Under the pieces are notes generated by a model. The model saw nothing but the letters and a program-made list of their open reading frames with translations, was not told where the DNA came from and made no database searches. The position numbers and the translations under genes were made by a program. DNA of 64,000 nt from Planctomycetota bacterium (GTDB taxonomy: Bacteria > Planctomycetota > Phycisphaerae > Phycisphaerales > SM1A02), in NCBI GenBank assembly GCA_034211115.1, contig JAXHTH010000210.1, positions 546 through 64,545 of the forward strand, in the 5' to 3' direction. Shown here piece by piece: positions 19,273 to 28,575 of the stretch (the first letter of the stretch is position 1; the number at the start of each line of letters is the position of its first letter).

Positions 19273-20891
19273 ACTGCCCCCGCTTCAGCATCGTGATCCC
19301 GACCCGAAACAGGGCCGACCTGCTGCCGGGCGCCGTGCGCAGCGCGCTCGGTCAAACCTGCCGCGACCTCGAGATCGTGATCTCGGATAACCGCAGCGAC
19401 GACAACACCGCCGAGGTTGTCGGCCGGTTTGATGATCGGCGTCTGCGCTACGTGCGGACGCGGAGCGCCCTGCTGATGCATCACAGTTGGCGCTTTGCGC
19501 TGCGCCACGCGCGAGGCGCCTATGTCGGTTTCCTGTGCGATGACGATGCGCTGCACCCGGACGCGATCGCCTGCGCGGATACGATCATCCGGCGCACGGG
19601 CGCCGATGTCGTCGTCTGGCGATCATGCTCGTACGGCCTTCCGGACTGGCCGGACGCGCGCATCCGCGGTTGGATCCGGTTCGGCCCGCCGTACTCGGCT
19701 CGCGCGTGGGAGATCGACGGAGGACGCCTCGTGGATCTGGCGTATGATCTGCGGGTCACCTTCAGCGAGCTTGTTCCGAAGATGCTCAACGGCGTCGTGT
19801 CGCGCGCGCTGATCGCGCGCATCCGGGCCGACGGAACCGAGCTGTTTCATCCGTCATCGCCGGACTACTCCGCGATGCTCGTGCTCGCCGCGAACGCCCG
19901 TCGAATCGTGCTGCTCGATGCGCCGCTGCTCGTCGCGGGAGCCACCGCGCGTTCGATCGGGGCATCGACGCTGCGCGGATACGATTCGGCGCGGGCCTAC
20001 GGGGCGCAGCTCTGCGCGCGGGAGCCCGATCTCGTTGTGCCGGCGGCGGTCGGGCCGCGAATCGCCTGGCTTGCGCAGACGTATATGCAGTGCGCGCGCG
20101 ACGTGCCTTGTCTGCGCGAACGCGCGGTGAATCCGATTCATCTCTACGGTCTGAGCGGGCGCGAATTGAATCGCGCCGAGGAAGCCGGAATCGATGCGGG
20201 CGATTCCCGCGCGCGGCACGAGGCGGCGCTGGAAGGTCCGCTCGCCGACGATCGCGCGGCGATCGAGGCGTTCGCGCGCGGGAACGTCGAGATCGAATCC
20301 GAGACGTTTCTCGCCGGGACGGTGGGATCGGAGTCGGGGCTTGCGGCCGAGCCGTTCATTCTGAACGACATCGACCTTGAAGGCACGAAACCGGCGGGGG
20401 CCCACGAGGTTGCCGCCGACCTCGATCGGCTGCGCCAGGCGGGAGCGCTCGGGCTGTCCGCGTTCTGGAAGGCCGTGTTCGAGCGTGCCGCCTCGCGCCG
20501 CGTCATCCTGTACGGTCTGGGGCGGAACGGGCGCGCGCTGCTGCGCGCGTCGCGCGATTTGCGGCCGGAGATCGCCTGTTGCGATGATCACGCGCAGCTC
20601 GACGACGCGCTCGGCGTGCCCAAAACGGATTGCGCGGAGCTCGATCCCGCCGCGCATTACGTCTGCGTGACGATGAACGATGCGGCGCCGGTCGCAGGAT
20701 CACTGGCGACGCGCGGCTTCGCGAGGGGACGCGACTGGTCAACCATGCGCGAGATCTCCGCGATGGCGGCACGAGGGACGTCTGTGTCTGCAGGAGTACA
20801 ATACGGGCGCCGGGCGAGGGTTGGCTCGCGTCATGACAGGATGGTCTTGAAGGCGGCGCAGACGCGCGAGACGTCGTCGGCGGAGAGTTGA
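19269..20891 (+). CDS. glycosyltransferase family 2 with long C-terminal extension
   Basis: FSIVIPTRNRADLLPGAVRSALGQTCRDLEIVISDNRSDDNT...FLCDDDAL (GT-A fold with DxD). The TTG start overlaps the previous stop. The 3' end overlaps the convergent DegT-type gene by 61 bp (20831-20891), so the exact C-terminus is uncertain. Confidence 0.8.
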   Translation: MNCPRFSIVIPTRNRADLLPGAVRSALGQTCRDLEIVISDNRSDDNTAEVVGRFDDRRLRYVRTRSALLMHHSWRFALRHARGAYVGFLCDDDALHPDAIACADTIIRRTGADVVVWRSCSYGLPDWPDARIRGWIRFGPPYSARAWEIDGGRLVDLAYDLRVTFSELVPKMLNGVVSRALIARIRADGTELFHPSSPDYSAMLVLAANARRIVLLDAPLLVAGATARSIGASTLRGYDSARAYGAQLCAREPDLVVPAAVGPRIAWLAQTYMQCARDVPCLRERAVNPIHLYGLSGRELNRAEEAGIDAGDSRARHEAALEGPLADDRAAIEAFARGNVEIESETFLAGTVGSESGLAAEPFILNDIDLEGTKPAGAHEVAADLDRLRQAGALGLSAFWKAVFERAASRRVILYGLGRNGRALLRASRDLRPEIACCDDHAQLDDALGVPKTDCAELDPAAHYVCVTMNDAAPVAGSLATRGFARGRDWSTMREISAMAARGTSVSAGVQYGRRARVGSRHDRMVLKAAQTRETSSAES

Positions 20892-21970
20892 AGGCCGCTT
20901 GGTAGATTGATACCGCGCGGCGAGAGGTGATACGCCTTCGGATTCCGCGCGGCGGCGAGCGCGGGACCGCCGAGATGAGCGTAAGCAGGCAGCGAGCTGA
21001 GCGGGTGGAACATGGGCCGCGTATCAATCCCGTGCCGATCGAACCCGGACATGAGTTCCCGCTTGTCGATCGCGCATGAGGGATCGACCACGGCAGTGCA
21101 CATCCAGTACGCGTTGTGCGTGTCGGCCTGATCCGGATTGAGGGTTATGTCCGGTCGATCGGCAAGGCCCGCGCGATACCAGTCGAAGATCCGGCGCTTG
21201 CGATTGAGAAGTTGCTCGATGCGCTCGAGCTGGGCCAGGCCGAACGCGGCCTGGAGATCGCTCATTGCATAGCGAAGGGCAACCTCGTGATTCCAGAACC
21301 AGCGATCGCCCGGTTCGCGACCGTGGTCGGCGAGGGTGAGGCACCGTCGATACAGGGCTTCATCATCGGTGAGCAGCATGCCGCCCTCGCCCGTGGTGAG
21401 CGTCTTGGAGCCGTGGAAGCTGAACACGCTCACCCGGCCGAAGGCGCCGGCGCGACGACCTCCCTGGTCGGCGCCGAGCGCTTCGGCGGCGTCTTCGATC
21501 ACGGCAATCCCGCGTTCGGCCGCGACATTAAGTACCCGCGGCATGTCGGGCATGTTTCCGTACAGATCGACGGCGATTACCGCTTTCGTGCGCGCGGTGA
21601 TCGCGCGCTGCAGCGAGTCGGGACAGATGCACCAGTTGGCGGGGTCAATGTCGACGAAGACCGGGGCCGCGCCGACGTAAGTGATCGGAGCGGCGGAGGC
21701 GATCCAGGTGAGCTCGGGGACGATGACCTCGTCGCCCGCGCCGACGCCGAGCGCGGCAAGCGCAAGATGAATGGCGGAAGTGCACGAGGGCAGGGCAAGC
21801 GCGTAGCGGCGGCCGACCCACGCGGCGAACGCGGACTCGAAACGACGACGAAACGCGCCGGCATGCTCGCCCCAGGCATGACGGGCCGCGGCGGCCACAC
21901 GGGCGACTTCCGCGTCGGTGATCGAAGGACCGGCGAGTGGGATGCGAGACTCGTTCACGGCCGAACACAC
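20831..21970 (-). CDS. DegT/DnrJ/EryC1/StrS family sugar aminotransferase
   Basis: LALPSCTSAIHLALAALGVGAGDEVIVPELTWIASA, IEDAAEALGA and SFHGSKTLTTGEGGML (PLP lysine region). Confidence 0.9.
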   Translation of the reverse strand: MCSAVNESRIPLAGPSITDAEVARVAAAARHAWGEHAGAFRRRFESAFAAWVGRRYALALPSCTSAIHLALAALGVGAGDEVIVPELTWIASAAPITYVGAAPVFVDIDPANWCICPDSLQRAITARTKAVIAVDLYGNMPDMPRVLNVAAERGIAVIEDAAEALGADQGGRRAGAFGRVSVFSFHGSKTLTTGEGGMLLTDDEALYRRCLTLADHGREPGDRWFWNHEVALRYAMSDLQAAFGLAQLERIEQLLNRKRRIFDWYRAGLADRPDITLNPDQADTHNAYWMCTAVVDPSCAIDKRELMSGFDRHGIDTRPMFHPLSSLPAYAHLGGPALAAARNPKAYHLSPRGINLPSGLQLSADDVSRVCAAFKTILS

Positions 21971-22749
21971 CTGAGGTAGCCGTCCGGCGCGGCGGTGATC
22001 ATGAGCTTGGCCGGAATATCGCGATCGATCTCGAACCGTCCGGTGGTCGCAAGATACTCATGAACGGCTGTCTTCGGATTGTTGCCGTTGTCCCAGCGCG
22101 CATCCGCGAGAAAGCCCGGCGGAAGATCCTGAATGACGGTGTCGAAGACGATGAGGTAACAACCGGGTGTCACGAGCGGGCCGTAGAGTTGCAGTTCGCG
22201 CAGAACGTGATCGTGTGCATGGTGTGAATCCAGAATGACCATCCTGCGATCGTATCGATCGGCCAATGCGGCCACTCGCGCGGCGAGGTGCTCGTCGACG
22301 GACGAGCCGTCGAGAAGCGTGATGAGCGGGCCAAGCGGATGGCCGAGGATGGCGCTTCGATTGTGAGGCCGAAGATCGATGTCAATCCCGATCACGCGTC
22401 GCTCCCCGCCGAGAAGCTGGAGGAGGGACGCCCAATAGACAAGCGATCCGCCGTGGGCGATTCCTGTTTCGATGACGAGATCGGGCCGCGTGCGCCAGAT
22501 GATCTCCTGCGCGGCGAGTAGATCCTGCGGGAACTGAATGATCGGCCGACCGAGCCAGGTGAAGTTGTATGTATACTTGTGCTGCGACGAGTGCATCATC
22601 CAGCGGAGCGAGAGCGCGCGCAGATCGGCATCGCGCGCGAGATCCGATACGTGGCGGGCGCGTTCGGTCTCGAACCTGCGAACCGGGTCCGGGTCGTTGG
22701 CGGGCCGGGCGGCGCTGGGCTCGTGTTGTGTGCGGCCGTCATCAGGCAT
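21955..22749 (-). CDS. CmcI/cephalosporin-hydroxylase-family methyltransferase
   Basis: YTYNFTWLGRPIIQFPQDLLAAQEIIWRTRPDLVIETGIAHGGSLVYWA...MVILDSHHAHDHVLREL is the CmcI-family signature. Confidence 0.85.
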   Translation of the reverse strand: MPDDGRTQHEPSAARPANDPDPVRRFETERARHVSDLARDADLRALSLRWMMHSSQHKYTYNFTWLGRPIIQFPQDLLAAQEIIWRTRPDLVIETGIAHGGSLVYWASLLQLLGGERRVIGIDIDLRPHNRSAILGHPLGPLITLLDGSSVDEHLAARVAALADRYDRRMVILDSHHAHDHVLRELQLYGPLVTPGCYLIVFDTVIQDLPPGFLADARWDNGNNPKTAVHEYLATTGRFEIDRDIPAKLMITAAPDGYLRCVRP

Positions 22750-23917
22750 GGGAAGAGCCGACCGGAGCGCGGGCGGCGGTGCGGTGGATCAGGTGTCGGA
22801 TGCGCTCGAGGGCGTACTCGATGCGCTCAAGCGGCTCGGCGCCGATGGCGATGCGGATGCGGGTATCGCAGTCAGGCCCGTAGCCGAGACCGGGAACGGA
22901 GCTGATACGCTCGTCTTCGAGAAGGCGATCGCAGAAATCTCTCGAGGAGAGAACCGAGGGAACGATGCTCACGAAGAAGTAGAACGTGCCGGCGCCGGGC
23001 GCGTGCACGAGGTCGAGGGCGCCAAGGAGACGGGTGACGTGAGCGCGAAGGGCCATGAGGGAGGCGATCTGCGGTCGCGTCGCGGCAAGCAGACGCTCGA
23101 AGTGGGCGGCGATGTAATGCTGGAGAATCGTCGGGGCGCAGGTGATGCAATGCTGATTGAGCTTCAACATACGATCGATAAGCTCGGCGCGGGCGATGAC
23201 GTATCCGATGCGCCAGCCGGAGAGGCCGAAGGTCTTCGAGGTCGAGCCGACGACGATGGTGTGGTGCAGGGACGGATCGAGCGTCGCCGCGGACTGGAAA
23301 AGACCCTCCGGGGCGAACTCGGCGTATGCCTCATCAATGAGGAGGCTGGTGTTGTGGCGTTCGGCGAGGCGGTGGAGACATCGAAGATCGGAGGGTGTGA
23401 GGATGCGCCCGGTCGGGTTGGTCGGATGACTGAGGACGATGAGCGGCGTGCGCGAGCCGAGGAAACGCTCGTAGTGATCCAGCGGGGTGTCGGGAGCGGG
23501 CATCACGGGTCGGGCGTGGCAGAGGCGAGCCTGCGCCGCGTAGCTGACCCAGGCGGGCTGGGGAATGAGAACCTCATCGGCCGGGCGGAGAAGACTCATC
23601 ATCGCGAAGAGGATGGCGATCTTCGAGCCGGCGGTGACAAGAAGTTCGCGGTCGGGATCAATCGTGACCCCAAAGTATGTGTCATAATAATCGGCAATAC
23701 AGCGGCGCAGCTCGGGAAGGCCACGCGACTCCGAGTAATGACAGCTCTGAGGGAAGGGCACCGACGCGAAGGCGGGAAACGGGAGATCGAAGCGGGCCTC
23801 GCCGAGCGAGAGAACGATCACGTCGACGCCGCGCCGCGTGAGTTCATAGACGCGCGTGTTGCAGCGAATGGATTCGGCTTCCTCGAGCTGGGGGAGCATA
23901 TCGGGAGAATCAGGCAT
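22742..23917 (-). CDS. PLP-dependent aminotransferase, class I/II
   Basis: SHPTNPTGRIL, LLIDEAYAEF and STSKTFGLSGWRIGY (PLP-Lys motif). The true start is the ATG at 23917; the 478-aa ORF in the track is N-terminally over-extended. Confidence 0.85.
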   Translation of the reverse strand: MPDSPDMLPQLEEAESIRCNTRVYELTRRGVDVIVLSLGEARFDLPFPAFASVPFPQSCHYSESRGLPELRRCIADYYDTYFGVTIDPDRELLVTAGSKIAILFAMMSLLRPADEVLIPQPAWVSYAAQARLCHARPVMPAPDTPLDHYERFLGSRTPLIVLSHPTNPTGRILTPSDLRCLHRLAERHNTSLLIDEAYAEFAPEGLFQSAATLDPSLHHTIVVGSTSKTFGLSGWRIGYVIARAELIDRMLKLNQHCITCAPTILQHYIAAHFERLLAATRPQIASLMALRAHVTRLLGALDLVHAPGAGTFYFFVSIVPSVLSSRDFCDRLLEDERISSVPGLGYGPDCDTRIRIAIGAEPLERIEYALERIRHLIHRTAARAPVGSSHA

Positions 23918-24701
23918 TGAACATGTGGGGCACGGCGCGAGGGCGAACGAAACCCGGCCAGAGACGGGCGGCGTTGTCGAGCAGGATGGCGGCGAGGGCG
24001 CCCGGAGCGACACCGACGGCACGGGCGAGCCGAACCGACTCGGCGAGCTGAGGTCGCGGATCGGCCGAAGGCCAGTCGCTTCCGAAGAGGAGGCGCCGGG
24101 GGCGGGTCTGAAGATAGACGGTGAATGGTTTGAGCGCGTCGGAGTCCTTATAATAAGACATCGTGACCGCGAAGTCATAGAGCACGTTGGGAAGCGATGC
24201 CGTATGCGCGCGGAACGCCCAGGACTGGTACCCGCCGGCGTGCGTGGCGATGATCGGTGTCTCGGGCAGCGCCCGGGCGAGCGCGATGATCAGCGGCAGG
24301 CTGATTTCATAATCCAGGCTGGTGCCCCAGGGGTAACAGTGGACGATGAGGCCGGCGACCGGCGGATCATGGGTGAGAAGCCGTTCGCCGAGGGGCGGGA
24401 TGCGGTCGGCGGTGAGACGTGCGAGAACGGGGTGGATCTTGTACCAACCGCTGCGGCGCGCCCAGTCGGGCAGATCATCGTCAATGGGATAGAAAGGAAC
24501 GGGTTGCAGCGCGGGCGGCAGCGCGTCGAGATGCGTATCGACAAAGCCGAGTTCCTCGCGCGTATTGAGAATCAGATTCGCGCCGATCATCTCGGGATGG
24601 GCCTCGGCGTGTGCGCGCAGGCGGTCCAGCCCATCCTGGTCCGGCGAGGGAAGATGAAGATGATCGTCGAAGAAGGGGAGTGTGAGTTCAGGGTCGTTCA
24701 T
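23910..24701 (-). CDS. amidohydrolase-family (TIM-barrel metal-dependent hydrolase) protein
   Basis: N-terminal FFDDHLHLP (HxH-like metal motif), internal ATHAGG and C-terminal LLFGSDWP resemble PF04909-type amidohydrolases. It has an 8-bp overlap with the downstream gene. Confidence 0.7.
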   Translation of the reverse strand: MNDPELTLPFFDDHLHLPSPDQDGLDRLRAHAEAHPEMIGANLILNTREELGFVDTHLDALPPALQPVPFYPIDDDLPDWARRSGWYKIHPVLARLTADRIPPLGERLLTHDPPVAGLIVHCYPWGTSLDYEISLPLIIALARALPETPIIATHAGGYQSWAFRAHTASLPNVLYDFAVTMSYYKDSDALKPFTVYLQTRPRRLLFGSDWPSADPRPQLAESVRLARAVGVAPGALAAILLDNAARLWPGFVRPRAVPHMFNA

Positions 24702-25885
24702 GCGTACTCAACATGAATAAGCTGTCGGAGGCGGGCGGCGCGGGCCTCGACACGATCGCGTGTCTCGTCCAGGGCGATGAAGTAGGCGCCGCGATCGGTG
24801 TCGTCGGTGGGCGAGGTGATCGTATCGCCGGGCCGGTAGGGAATGTCGAGGACATGGGCGAGGCGCCGGCGACGCGCGTCGGCAGCGCCGTGCACGGCGC
24901 GGACGCGGCCGGGCGGAAAGCGGAAGAACTCGAGCACGGCGGCGCGAGAGGCGACGGACGGATCGGCGGGGGAGTCTCCCAGCAGACGGCGCAGCAGCAG
25001 GATATAAGGATCGACGCCGCTCACGTGCGGGACGATGGTGGAGGCGACGCCGTGCCCGCCGCCGCGCGCGGCGACTTCGATGAGGTAGGGAGCACCGGCG
25101 CGCAGACGGAACTCGGCATGGGTGAGCCCGTCGACGAGGCCGAGGGTGCGGGCGACGACGCAGGCCGCGTCGTGAACGGAACGAAGCGTGTCGCCGTTGA
25201 GGCAAGTGGGATACGCGAGTCGGCGGGCGACGCAGGGCAGATCGGCATAATGCGCCTTTTCCGAAACGGCGAGCACGTGATGACGGCCGCCCAGGGCGAG
25301 CCCCTCCACCGTGAGCTCGGGGCCGGCGATGTACTCCTCGACGAGGATGACATCGCGCGAGCGGGTGAGACAATCGTCAAAGCGGCGACGAAGCAGGTCT
25401 TCAGTGTGAATGCAGAAGACGCCGACAGAAGACTGGGAGGCGACAGGCTTGATGACGACGGGATATCCGAGGCTCCGCGCGGCATCGCACGCTTCCGAGC
25501 ATGAACGAGCCGTGCGGTGGCGGGGCAGGGGAACACCGGCATCGCGCAGCGCGCTTCGCATGATGCGCTTGTCAGTGAAGCGGAGGGCGACATCGGGTCG
25601 AATGCCGGGCCGGCCGAGCGCGTCGTTCAGAGCGGCGACCACGGGCACGGCGCGATCCGTCTGGTCGGAGATGACGAGATCGACCGCTTCGCGACGGGCG
25701 ATCGAAAGAAGGGCGTGTGCGTCATGCATGTCGACGGCGCGGAAGACGTGGGCGCAGGAGCGGCCCGGGGCGTCGGGATTGCGATCGGTGACAACGGTGC
25801 GCAGCCCCAGTGCGATCGCGCGCTGGATCAGGGGGAGTTGCCATCGTCCGCCGCCGATGATCATGACGGTGGAGGTCGCGGTCAT
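24698..25885 (-). CDS. ATP-grasp domain ligase
   Basis: VMIIGGGRWQLPLIQRA, DKRIMRSALRDAGVPLP, GYPVVIKPVASQSSVGV, VEEYIAGPELTVEG and HAEFRL...YLIEVAARGGG. Start is the ATG at 25885, with an ATGA overlap with the upstream gene. Confidence 0.85.
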   Translation of the reverse strand: MTATSTVMIIGGGRWQLPLIQRAIALGLRTVVTDRNPDAPGRSCAHVFRAVDMHDAHALLSIARREAVDLVISDQTDRAVPVVAALNDALGRPGIRPDVALRFTDKRIMRSALRDAGVPLPRHRTARSCSEACDAARSLGYPVVIKPVASQSSVGVFCIHTEDLLRRRFDDCLTRSRDVILVEEYIAGPELTVEGLALGGRHHVLAVSEKAHYADLPCVARRLAYPTCLNGDTLRSVHDAACVVARTLGLVDGLTHAEFRLRAGAPYLIEVAARGGGHGVASTIVPHVSGVDPYILLLRRLLGDSPADPSVASRAAVLEFFRFPPGRVRAVHGAADARRRRLAHVLDIPYRPGDTITSPTDDTDRGAYFIALDETRDRVEARAARLRQLIHVEYA

Positions 25886-26916
25886 CGCGCACCTCGCTTG
25901 CGCGCGAAGAGAAAGAGGCTGTCGCCGTATCCGAGGCGCTGCGCGAGCAGACCATCGAAGAAGACAGCCCAGAGGAGGCGGAGTTGATAATTGCGGATGA
26001 AGCGCGCGCCGGACGGGGCGGGGAACGTGCCGAGGAGCGTGCGAAGGATGCGTTGAAGGAGAGGATGAAGGTGATAGAGAAGCTCCCCGCGGTTGCGCAG
26101 GTCGAGAATCTCCAGGCGCTGCCGGCGGGCGAGGCGGGTGAGCGACGAGCGGTTGAACCAGCGGAGGTGCCCAAGCTTCTGGCGGGGATCGCTGAGAAGG
26201 CGCCATCGCGCGCCGAGCCGGCGCGCCTTGGCCGAATCGAGATCCGGGGTGGAGAGGCAGAGCACGCCGCCGGGCGCGAGAAGGCGGACGGCGCGGGTCA
26301 GGTCGGGCCGGAAGTCGAGCAGGTGCTCGATGATGAAGCACATCGTGATGATGTCGAAGCGCTCTGACAGATCGACATCGAAGACATCGCCGGTCGTAAT
26401 AAGAGGCGCGATGTCCGGGGGCGCGGCCTGGCGCGCATCGGGATCGATGTCGACGCCGCGGAGGCGGGCGGCCGGGCGCAGGCGGCGGAAGGCGCCGAGG
26501 AGCCGGCCGGTGCTGCAGCCGATGTCGAGGATGGCCGGCTCGGCGCGCCGTGGAGACAGGAAGTGCAGGCAGCGGCGCGCGACGAACTCGTAATAGAGGC
26601 CGTGCCGGGCGTAGAGCGTTTCGAGGTTGCGGAAGAACAGCCTGCCCGTGTTGGGATTCGGAAAGGTTTTCGAGAAGACGCGGTCCTCGAGGTAGAGTTC
26701 ATCGAGATCGCGCGGCGTGGGCGGGGGCTGCATGATCGCCAGCCCGCAGTTACGGCAGCGCAGCACATCGAACGATGTAATACGCCGGGAGAAGTTGGCG
26801 TCGGCGACATGCGCGTGGGGGTCGAACGCCGCCCCGCCGCAGAGAGGACAGACAGGCCCGGGAGACGAAGCGCTCGCGTGGGCGGTGTCGGGGAATGTCG
26901 CGAGGCGGCTGTGCAT
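25882..26916 (-). CDS. class I SAM-dependent methyltransferase with N-terminal zinc-ribbon
   Basis: CPLCGG...CRNCG zinc-ribbon, then ILDIGCSTGRLL and LLAPGGVLCLSTPD. Start is the ATG at 26916. Confidence 0.8.
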   Translation of the reverse strand: MHSRLATFPDTAHASASSPGPVCPLCGGAAFDPHAHVADANFSRRITSFDVLRCRNCGLAIMQPPPTPRDLDELYLEDRVFSKTFPNPNTGRLFFRNLETLYARHGLYYEFVARRCLHFLSPRRAEPAILDIGCSTGRLLGAFRRLRPAARLRGVDIDPDARQAAPPDIAPLITTGDVFDVDLSERFDIITMCFIIEHLLDFRPDLTRAVRLLAPGGVLCLSTPDLDSAKARRLGARWRLLSDPRQKLGHLRWFNRSSLTRLARRQRLEILDLRNRGELLYHLHPLLQRILRTLLGTFPAPSGARFIRNYQLRLLWAVFFDGLLAQRLGYGDSLFLFARKRGAR

Positions 26917-26923
26917 GATCGTC

Positions 26924-27403
26924 TTACCGGCAGGCGAGAGACCAGTCATACGGAATGTGGTTGCGGACCGGATCGAGGCGGTCGGTGCGATCGGCCTGCG
27001 GATCGTGCGGGTGCGTGCAGCAGTTTGCGACGATGGCACAGGGGTCGGTCAGACCCTTGAAGCCGTTCCACACGCCGGGAGGGATCTGGACGAGGACGTA
27101 ATCATCAGGCCCCGGAAAGAGCTCCATGACCGCGCCGCGGGTGGGCGAATTCGCGCGCTCATCGTACAGGGCCAGCTTGATGCGTCCGAAGATGCAGGCG
27201 TAATTGAGTGTCATCTCGCGGTGACGATGCCAGCCCTTGATGACGTGGCGGTAGACGGTCGAGAAGTAGATCTCCCCGAAGCCAATAAAGTGCGGGTCAT
27301 CGGCCCGGAGCATGTGCATCACCGTGCCGCGCTCGTCGGGGATACGGCGGAGAGGAACGACGCGGACGCCGTCGATTGTCGAGGGGCCGGTCGACGGGTT
27401 CAT
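26924..27403 (-). CDS. cupin-fold NDP-sugar epimerase/isomerase (dTDP-4-dehydrorhamnose 3,5-epimerase / WxcM-like)
   Basis: IPDERGTVMHMLR...FGEIYFSTVYRHVIKGWHRHREMTLNYACIFGRIKLALYD...VQIPPGVWNGF. Confidence 0.8.
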   Translation of the reverse strand: MNPSTGPSTIDGVRVVPLRRIPDERGTVMHMLRADDPHFIGFGEIYFSTVYRHVIKGWHRHREMTLNYACIFGRIKLALYDERANSPTRGAVMELFPGPDDYVLVQIPPGVWNGFKGLTDPCAIVANCCTHPHDPQADRTDRLDPVRNHIPYDWSLACR

Positions 27404-28575
27404 ATCAGGCGCAGCTCGGGTATGGGGACGATGAAGCGCCCGCCGCGCTGAAGATAAGGAGCATTGCGTCGGCAGATCTCATCGGCGATGTTCCAGGGGA
27501 AGAGAAGACAGGCGTCGGGTGACTCCTCCATGAGCATGTCCGGCGCGACGACGGGCTGGCCGGTGCCGGGAATATAACGTCCCTGCTTGTGCGGGCTCAC
27601 ATCGGCGATCCAGGGAATGCGATCCGGGCCGAGTTGAAGTCGATTGAGAAGAACGACCGCCTTTGCGGCGGCCCCGAAGCCGCCGACGGCCTCGAAGCGG
27701 TCGAGGGCGGCGAGAAGGTCCGCGAGGATCGTCTGCACGCGTGCGCCGAAGGCGTGATACGGGGCGTCGTCGAAGAGACCGAGGCGGCGCTCGTCCTCGC
27801 ACGTGCGGTCCGCCTGCGCCTGGTCCCCGCGGTGGGCGATCTGAACGTGAAGCGATCCGCCATGGATCGGGATCTCATGAAGCGCCGTGATGACGAGATC
27901 GTGCGCGTTGAACAGGCGACGAAGCGCCGACACCGAGTAGTAGCTGTAGTGCTCGTGATAGATCGTGTCGAAGGCGCCGGAGTCGAGCAGGCGAAGGACG
28001 TAGGGAACCTCGACGTGGGCCGCGCCGTCGTCGGCGAGCAGGATGCGCATGCCTTCGGCGAGTTCGTGGGGATCGGGGACGTGGGCGAGCACGTTGTTGG
28101 CGAAGATGACATCCGCGGCGCCGAACGCGCGGCGGATCGCGCGGGCGGTGCGGGGATTGAAATAGTCGCAGCGGGTGGGCACGCCGTCGGCGAGGGCGGC
28201 GGCGGCGACGTTCTCCGCGGGATCGATGCCGAGCACACGCGCGCCGCGCGCAATGGCGTGCCTGAGAAGAGAGCCGTCGTTGGAGGCGATCTCGACGACG
28301 CGTTGACCGGGGCGGACGAAACGCTCCACGAGCCGATGCGCCTGCGCGACCATCGTCTGTGACTGGCCGGAGAAGTAGCGGTAGTCGCGGAAGAGCAGGT
28401 CGGGCGGGGTGGATTCGGTGAGCTGCATGAGCGAGCAGTCGCGGCAGAAGACGGCCTTCAGCGGGCGGCGCGGCGCCGGTTCATCGGGATGGGTGAGCAG
28501 GTTGTTGGCCAGCGGCATGGTGCCGAGGTCGATCACCTCCCCCAGCGAATGACCGCCGCAGAGCCGGCAGGTCAC
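27400..28575 (-). CDS. NDP-hexose C-methyltransferase (TylCIII-like)
   Basis: N-terminal zinc ribbon CRLCGG...CRDCSLMQL, the SAM domain VVEIASNDGSLL and the C-methyltransferase C-terminal domain HEHYSYYS...GGFGAAAKAVVLLN. Confidence 0.85.
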   Translation of the reverse strand: MTCRLCGGHSLGEVIDLGTMPLANNLLTHPDEPAPRRPLKAVFCRDCSLMQLTESTPPDLLFRDYRYFSGQSQTMVAQAHRLVERFVRPGQRVVEIASNDGSLLRHAIARGARVLGIDPAENVAAAALADGVPTRCDYFNPRTARAIRRAFGAADVIFANNVLAHVPDPHELAEGMRILLADDGAAHVEVPYVLRLLDSGAFDTIYHEHYSYYSVSALRRLFNAHDLVITALHEIPIHGGSLHVQIAHRGDQAQADRTCEDERRLGLFDDAPYHAFGARVQTILADLLAALDRFEAVGGFGAAAKAVVLLNRLQLGPDRIPWIADVSPHKQGRYIPGTGQPVVAPDMLMEESPDACLLFPWNIADEICRRNAPYLQRGGRFIVPIPELRLI

